DNA of 5,049 bases. It comes from a virus (Duplodnaviria > Heunggongvirae > Uroviricota > Caudoviricetes). This document shows, piece by piece, positions 1 through 5,049 of this stretch. The DNA lies in IMG/VR virus record IMGVR_UViG_2675903481_000014, one strand, 5' to 3'. A program made the position numbers and the translations under genes. Within the stretch, counting starts at the first letter, position 1. Each line of letters opens with the position of its first letter. The notes under the pieces are model-generated. The model saw only the letters and a program-made list of their open reading frames with translations, was not told the DNA's origin and did not search any database.

Positions 1-515
1 GAACGTTCTGCCGCTGTTGCTGCGTTTTGTGCGGCTGTTTTTGAAGAAGCTGCCGCTTTCGCGCTGTTACCTGCATTCGTCTCTGATGTTTTCGCCGCAT
101 TCCTGGACGATGCCGCTGCTGTTTCTGATTTCTTTGCTGCCGCTGCGCTCTGAGAGGCGGCTTCAGCGTTGCGTGCCACCTCTTCCACCATCTTTTCAAA
201 ACGATACAGTGCCTCCGGACGAACATCATCTTCTGTTGCAGCGCCCAGAAAATCATTCAATGTCCCCGGCTTAGAATCCTCATACACGGTGATGGCCCCG
301 GCATGTGAAGGCGGAAAACCTTCAACCAGCAGGATAACGCTGTACTGGCCATACTCGACATCCATGCTGTAACGTCCGGCTTCATCCGGATTTTCTGAGG
401 CCACCGTGTTCACCACAACCGTGGTGCTGTTACGTTTTGCTTTGAGCTGAATGGTGCAGTTCTGTATCGGTTTTCCTGCACCGTCTTTCAGCACGCCTGA
501 AATCTGTACTGCCAT
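1..515 (-). CDS. stf: Side tail fiber protein, N-terminal 171 codons (gene continues beyond window start)
   Basis: Absent from the ORF track because no stop occurs inside the window. Manual minus-strand translation from ATG (515-513) is open to position 3: MAVQISGVLKDGAGKPIQNCTIQLKAKRNSTTVVVNTVASENPDEAGRYSMDVEYGQYSVILLVEGFPPSHAGAITVYEDSKPGTLNDFLGAATEDDVRPEALYRFEKMVEEVARNAEAASQSAAAAKKSETAAASSRNAAKTSETNAGNSAKAAASSKTAAQNAATAAER. GGAG Shine-Dalgarno (complement of 521-524) lies 5 nt upstream of the ATG. The N-terminus followed by an Ala/Ser/Thr-rich low-complexity stretch matches what I recall of lambda-type Stf N-termini (memory, not a database hit). Confidence 0.8.
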   Translation of the reverse strand, partial: MAVQISGVLKDGAGKPIQNCTIQLKAKRNSTTVVVNTVASENPDEAGRYSMDVEYGQYSVILLVEGFPPSHAGAITVYEDSKPGTLNDFLGAATEDDVRPEALYRFEKMVEEVARNAEAASQSAAAAKKSETAAASSRNAAKTSETNAGNSAKAAASSKTAAQNAATAAER

Positions 516-526
516 ATTCACTCCAC

Positions 527-554
527 AAATAAAAAAGGCGCCATTTCTGGCGCC
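527..554 (-). terminator. Rho-independent terminator downstream of J
   Basis: Minus strand reads GGCGCC-AGAAAT-GGCGCC followed by TTTTTTATTT: a 6-bp all-GC stem (549-554 / 537-542), 6-nt loop (543-548) and T6 tract (complement of 531-536). It sits 19 nt after the J stop codon (576-574) and 15 nt before the stf-like start codon. Confidence 0.6.
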
Positions 555-573
555 CGTATCTGGGTTATAAAAT

Positions 574-3500
574 TCAACTGATACTGATACCGGCTGTAGA
601 TTTCTTCATCACAACAACAAGAAGGTCGCTGATACTGGTCGTTGGCGTCCAGTTATTAGCACCATATGAAGAAACATTGAAAGTCAGGGTGACATGGCCG
701 TGTCCGGCAGGCATATCAATGACTGATGAAAATACCCTGCTGACATCCGTCGCGGGTTGCTGAAAGATTTCCTGTCCGTTCTTCAGTACCTGCAGCTTAC
801 AGGTTGAATACCAGTATGACTGTTGGTTGTTGCTGTTGAAGTTTTCATGCTTACCCCCACGAAACAGAACGGGGGGGACTACTATCTGACGGTCAAAAGC
901 CTGGTCATCGTACACAGTGACCGTTATTGTACCGCTGGCATAACTGCCATTTCTCGGAAAGGCTTTTCCCACCGTTTTGACAATATCACCTTCAATCTGG
1001 TTAGCTGACAGTTTTCCCAGAATCCGACAGTTCTGATTAATCGTGACGTTGTTGAGCGTCCCGGAGTTCGCGTTCACGTTACCGCTGATATCCGCATTTT
1101 TCGCAGAAAGTCGACCATCAGGTGTCAGTGAAAACGTTGGGGGATTGCCACCGCTGGTAATGGTGGGAGCCGTCAGATATTTCAGGAACACTTCGTTCAT
1201 GAATATCTGATCGCCCTGCCCAACAAACATCGGCTTTGTGTTGCCATTCGCAGGATTAATCATCGCAATCCTGTCCGCCGCCAGCAGCACCTGACTCTGC
1301 ATACCGTCAGGAGTATTCTCAACACCGGCACCAATACCCGCGATATAAAGGCGTCCGTCCTGCATCTGCTGCAGCTTCACAGCCCACATGCTGTTCAGGT
1401 TATTATTTGTATCAACCTGAACCTTCTGTATCTGCTGGATCGCTGCACTCTGGTCTTCCAGTTTCTTATTGACGGTCTGCGTGATTTCATTGCTGACACC
1501 CGTAATGGACGTCCTGATTTCAGCCAGGTCAGGCGCAAGCTGACCGTTATCAATCTGCGTCCACAACTCCTGAGCCAGATGGGTTTTCCCTATCTCTCCT
1601 TTGAAAAAATTCAGATAGCCGGATGCATCATCACTCGGCTGGCCAACAGCCTCCACAAATGCCGATTTGCCAACGGTGTTCACACTGCGGATGTAAAAAT
1701 AATAATCATGGCCCGGTTTGATATTGATACTGGCGGCTATCCAGTACAGCGCCGTGCCAAGATAGCGTGCTGTGGTTTCAACCTGCCTGATATCCGCAAT
1801 CCGCTTTTCCGAGAACCAGAACTCAAACTGTACCGTCGGATCATAAACCGCAAGATGCGGCGTGGCGGTTATCTGAAAATACCCCGGTGTCAGCTCAATC
1901 TGCGACGGCGCTGCCGGTGCGGCAATCCGGAACGATACCGATGCCGGATCGCCCTGCTGCCCCCACGCATTTACCGCCCGGACTGTCAGCCTGTAGTTCC
2001 CCAGCGCCAGTTGCCTGAAGCGGTATGTGGTTTCCGTCGTCCGGGCCGTGCTGACCAGCCGCTCACTGCCGTCATCCGCTGCCACGGTCAGGCGAAGCAT
2101 AAAGCTCACCCCCTTCACCACCTTCGGCGTGTCCCAGCGCGCCAGCACCTGATATTCCCCGCTGTCTGCGGTGACTTCGGCAGTCAGGTGCTGCACCGCT
2201 GGCGGCGTGACACCATTCACCGTGCCGCTCTGGTCGCCGTCAAAGTGCGCCCCGTTATCCACGATGGCCTCTTTTTCCGGTACATGCTGCACGGCAGTGA
2301 TGGCATACGTGCCGTCATCGTTCTCACGGATACTCACACAGCGGAACAGGCGCTGGCGCAACGTTGGCAACTTCAGCCCCCACACGCTGTATTCTGCAAC
2401 GCCGTCAGGAACACGGCTCACTTTTACCTTCACGCCGTCGGTGACGGACTGGACCTCCACGCTGACCGGATTCCCCTGTCCGTCAGCCAGGCTTATCAGC
2501 GTGGTGCCGGAGGATGGCAGCGTGATTTCACGGTCGAGCGTCAGTGTCCGCGTCTGGTTGTTCACCGCCAGCACGCGCCCGCCGATGCTGATCCCCGCAT
2601 AGTCATCATCACAGATTTCAATGACATCGCCCGGTACATGGCGAAGCCCTTCTGCACCCACGCTGAAGTCCACGGTCTGCGTTTCCAGCAGCTCCGTTTT
2701 AATCAGCCACAGCCCGGCGCGGTGTGCCTGCCCCCGGCTGGTACAGCCAAAGGCATCCATCTTCGTGACGTTACGACCGTAACGGGCAATGGCCTGCGTG
2801 TCCTCCACAAGCTCTGTCGCCGTCTCCCAGCCGTTATCCGGGTCAATCCAGTTCACCTCAACGGCATTATGGCGGTCTTTCAGGGCGCTGAAGCTGTAGC
2901 GGAACGGCGCGCCATCATCCGGCATCACCACATTACTGCGGTTATAGGTCCACACCTTATCCGACGGTCGGTCCTGCACGAATGTCAGCGTCTGCCCGTT
3001 CCATACCGGCATACAGCGCATCGCCGAGCAAAAATCACTGAGCACATCCCACGCCTTGCGCTGTGTGGTCAGGTACGCATTACAGGTGATGCGCGGCTCC
3101 GTGCCGCCAAAGCCGTCCGGCACTGACTGGTCGCAATTCTGGCCGATGACATACAGCGCCCATTTATCCACATCTGCCGCACCAAGACGTTTCCCCATGC
3201 CGTAGCGCGGATGGGTCAGCATATCCCACAGACACCAGGCCATGTTGTTGCTGTATGCTGGCTTAAACGTTCCGTCCCAGATACCGCTNNNNNNNNNNCT
3301 CCGAGTCCACCTGTACGCCGACCAGTGCCGTGTTCGGGTAGCACTGTTTCACATCGATGATTTCGGTGTATGACGACCAGAGCGTTTTGTTCTGCAACTG
3401 GTCTGTGGTGCTGTCCGGCGTCATCCTGCGCATCCGGATATTAAACGGGCGCGGCGGCAGGTTATCCACCACCACCGAGGCCAGATACTGCGACGTGGTT

Positions 3501-3973
3501 TTGCCCTTAATGGTGATGTCTTTTTCCGTCACCCAGCCACCGTTACGTTGAATCTGAACCAGCAGGCGGACTTCCGATGGATTCCTGTCCCCCTTTGAGG
3601 TGGTTTCCACCAGTGCCTGCACGCCGAAAGTAAAACGCAGACGGTCAATGTTTGCCGACGTGATGGTCCGGGTGATCGGCGTGTCATATTTCACTTCTGT
3701 ACCGAGCACCGTCTCGGAGCCGGAGGATTCAAATCCCTCCGGCGGAGTCTGCTCCTGCTCACCGGCCCGGAACACCACCGTGACGCCGAATATATTGGTA
3801 TTCCCCTCACTGTCCAGCACCGGCGTACTGTTCAGCAGCACGCTTTTTAATCCATCCACCGGACCTTCAACCGGCCCTTCGCTGATGGCGTCTATCACGC
3901 TCAGCATCTGGGATGATTTCAGGTTGTCCTTCGCTTCGCGCGGGGTATGCCCCTTACTGCTGCCTTTACCCAT
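574..3973 (-). CDS. J: Tail tip host-specificity protein J (central tail fiber), with an internal 10-N gap
   Basis: Two track ORFs belong to one gene. ORF 3263..3973 begins [34 protein letters not shown], the recognisable N-terminus of lambda J. ORF 574..3243 is the remainder: its frame stays open upstream of the internal Met at 3243 right up to the N-run (codons 3244-3288 read [15 protein letters not shown] before MAWCLW). Resolved codons: 225 (3973-3299) + 904 (3288-577) + stop TGA (576-574). GGAG (complement of 3983-3986) lies 9 nt upstream of ATG 3973-3971. With 10 N the two flanks are one frame apart, so the true missing length must be a multiple of 3. The total span is consistent with a protein of roughly 1130 aa, the size of lambda J as I recall it. 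Confidence 0.93.
3289..3298. other. Run of 10 ambiguous bases (assembly gap or masking placeholder) inside J
   Basis: Literal nnnnnnnnnn at 3289-3298. J-like reading frame is intact on both flanks but offset by one, indicating the placeholder length does not equal the true sequence length. Confidence 0.95.
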
Positions 3974-3987
3974 TCCTCATGCTCCAT

Positions 3988-4015
3988 AAACGATAAAACC
4001 GCCCGGAGGCGGTTT
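3988..4015 (-). promoter_or_regulatory. Stem-loop in the I-J intergenic spacer (possible attenuator or RNA stability element)
   Basis: Minus strand reads AAACCGCC-TCCG-GGCGGTTT (perfect 8-bp stem, arms at 4008-4015 and 3996-4003, tetraloop 4004-4007), followed by TATCGTTTAT and then the J Shine-Dalgarno. Located in the 60-nt spacer between the I stop (4036-4034) and the J start (3973). Confidence 0.3.
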
Positions 4016-4033
4016 CACATAAAACATTTTGCA

Positions 4034-4705
4034 TCAGCGACCAATCACCACAACCTGACCACCATCCCCTTCGTCTGCCGTGCTGATCTCCTGAGAAACC
4101 ACGCGTGACCCCACGCGCATTTCACCGTACAGAACCGGCAGAACATTGCCCTGGGCAACCATGTTATCCAGTGAGGAGAAATAGGTGTTCTGTTTGCCGT
4201 TATCCGTTGTCTGTGTACGGGGAGTTCTGGCTTTCGGTGCCAGCATCTGCGCCACACCACCGAGCACCATACTGGCACCGAGAGAAAACAGGATGCCGGT
4301 CATACCACCGGCCCCAATGGCTGCCCCCCATGCTGCAAGGGTGGCTCCGGCGGTAAAGAATGATCCGGCAATGGCGGCAGCCCCCAGGACAATCTGGAAT
4401 ACGCCACCTGACTTGGCCCCGGCGACTCTGGGAACAATATGAATCACAGCGCCATCAGGCAGAGTCTCATGTAACTGCGCCGTTAACCCGGACGTGCTGA
4501 CGTCCCGCCCGGCAATCCGTACCTGATACCAGCCGTCGCTCAGTTTCTGACGAAACACCGGGAGCTGTGTGGCCAGTGCGCGGATGGCTTCAGCCCCCGT
4601 TTTCACACGAAGGTCGATGCGGCGGCCAAATCGTTGTAAATCCCCGTAAAGGCAGATGCGCGCCATGCCCGGTGACGCCAGAGGGAGTGTGTGCGTCGCT
4701 GCCAT
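4034..4705 (-). CDS. I: Tail assembly protein I
   Basis: Track ORF 4034..4705, 223 aa, ATG at 4705-4703, stop TGA at 4036-4034. Sequence MAATHTLPLASPGMARICLYGDLQRFGRRIDLRVKTGAEAIRALATQLP... matches lambda I in length (223 aa) and sequence as I recall it. The N-terminal ~90 aa is the ubiquitin-like domain described for this family, followed by a Gly/Ala-rich hydrophobic segment. The start lies 103 nt inside the 3' end of K, in a different frame. Confidence 0.92.
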   Translation of the reverse strand: MAATHTLPLASPGMARICLYGDLQRFGRRIDLRVKTGAEAIRALATQLPVFRQKLSDGWYQVRIAGRDVSTSGLTAQLHETLPDGAVIHIVPRVAGAKSGGVFQIVLGAAAIAGSFFTAGATLAAWGAAIGAGGMTGILFSLGASMVLGGVAQMLAPKARTPRTQTTDNGKQNTYFSSLDNMVAQGNVLPVLYGEMRVGSRVVSQEISTADEGDGGQVVVIGR

Positions 4706-5049
4706 TTGTCGGTATACCTCTCTCGTTTACTCAGTTGTTCAGGAATATGGTGCAGCAGCTCGCCGTCACCACAGTAAATAGCGGCATGATTCGGCACCGA
4801 TGAACCAAAGCAGCACAGCAGCACATCGCCCGGCTGCGCCGCTGACAACGGCACCTGATACAGCCCTGTGGCCTCCAGATTATCAAGATAGAGATTCTGG
4901 CCGTTACGCCACCAGTCATCCTCACGATGAAAGTCCGGCATCTCAATCCCCGCCAGATGGTAAGCGTCCCGGAACAGCGTGTAACAGTCCGTCACCCCGT
5001 GCTCAAAGCGCCGCCCGGTGAGATGCGGCACACAGCGGAACTTATGAAT
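4603..5049 (-). CDS. K: Tail assembly protein K, C-terminal 148 codons with NlpC/P60 peptidase domain (5' end of gene outside window)
   Basis: Track ORF 4603..5031 is open to the window edge: codons 5049-5032 read IHKFRC, and the track's M at 5031-5029 is an internal GTG, not a start. Stop TGA at 4605-4603. NlpC/P60-type motifs are present: Cys in GVTDCYTLF (codon 4986-4984) and His in VPNHAAIY (codon 4788-4786), followed by LLHH. Lambda K is about 199 aa with an N-terminal JAB/MPN domain that would lie beyond position 5049. Confidence 0.88.
   Translation of the reverse strand: MHKFRCVPHLTGRRFEHGVTDCYTLFRDAYHLAGIEMPDFHREDDWWRNGQNLYLDNLEATGLYQVPLSAAQPGDVLLCCFGSSVPNHAAIYCGDGELLHHIPEQLSKRERYTDKWQRRTHSLWRHRAWRASAFTGIYNDLAAASTFV

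Noticed and set aside
17-372. Plus-strand ORFs 17..274 and 169..372
   Set aside because: Both are antisense to the stf-like N-terminal coding region, which has a strong ribosome binding site and recognisable tail-fiber sequence on the minus strand. Neither has recognisable features.
516-573. A lom-like outer membrane protein gene between J and stf
   Set aside because: I looked for it because lambda carries lom at this position, but only 58 nt separate J from the stf-like start. There is no room for a gene.
561-573. Possible -10-like hexamer TATAAC just after the J stop on the minus strand, as a promoter for stf
   Set aside because: It is a single hexamer match with no convincing -35 partner that I could place, and it lies upstream of a terminator, which would make it futile. 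Too weak to call.
1579-3126. 515-aa plus-strand ORF ([16 protein letters not shown]...), the longest alternative ORF in the window
   Set aside because: It lies entirely antisense to J, which has a clear, recognisable protein sequence on the minus strand. Its translation is Arg/Cys/His/Pro-rich with no recognisable motifs, typical of a frame-shadow ORF in GC-rich coding DNA. No start-site signals support it.
574-3243. ORF-track start of the 889-aa ORF at Met 3243 (MAWCLWDM...)
   Set aside because: This is an internal methionine of J. The frame remains open upstream to the N-run, and the real start is the ATG at 3973 with the [16 protein letters not shown]-terminus.
3357-5021. Remaining small track ORFs overlapping J, I and K (plus strand 3357..3551, 3600..3989, 4105..4356, 4185..4442, 4567..4803, 4800..5021; minus strand 4045..4278, 4731..4946), and likewise plus-strand 823..1008 and 2171..2602 inside J
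   Set aside because: All are embedded in, and out of frame with or antisense to, confidently identified tail genes. They are short, compositionally odd, and lack ribosome binding sites.
5029-5031. ORF-track start of K at 5031
   Set aside because: The codon is GTG within an open frame that continues to the window edge (IHKFRC precedes it). K is 5'-truncated by the window, and the visible 148 codons are too short for a full K protein.
1-5049. A novel defence or other undescribed system, CRISPR array, tRNA or mobile element
   Set aside because: The whole window is accounted for by four contiguous lambda-type tail genes with short spacers. I saw no repeat-spacer array, no tRNA-like structure, no transposase or integrase-like ORF, and no unexplained long non-coding stretch.

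Overview
This window is a lambda-like (lambdoid) siphovirus tail-tip morphogenesis module, phage or prophage, with every gene on the minus strand. Reading in the direction of transcription (high to low coordinates) it contains: the 3' part of tail assembly gene K (NlpC/P60 peptidase domain, 5' end outside the window); tail assembly gene I, starting 103 nt inside the end of K in another frame; a 60-nt spacer with a hairpin; the host-specificity / tail-tip gene J (about 1130 codons, interrupted by a 10-N placeholder at 3289-3298 that artificially splits the frame); a strong intrinsic terminator; and the first 171 codons of a side tail fiber (stf-like) gene. The supplied ORF track misses the stf-like gene because it runs off the window start without a stop. 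No lom-like gene lies between J and stf. All plus-strand ORFs in the track are antisense or out-of-frame shadows of these genes. I see no tRNA, CRISPR, transposase or integrase signal, and nothing that supports a new, undescribed system: this is well-known phage tail biology. The points worth follow-up are the gap inside J, the distal (receptor-binding) part of J, the J-stf junction, and two hairpins. All homology statements rest on my recollection of lambda proteins, not on a search.
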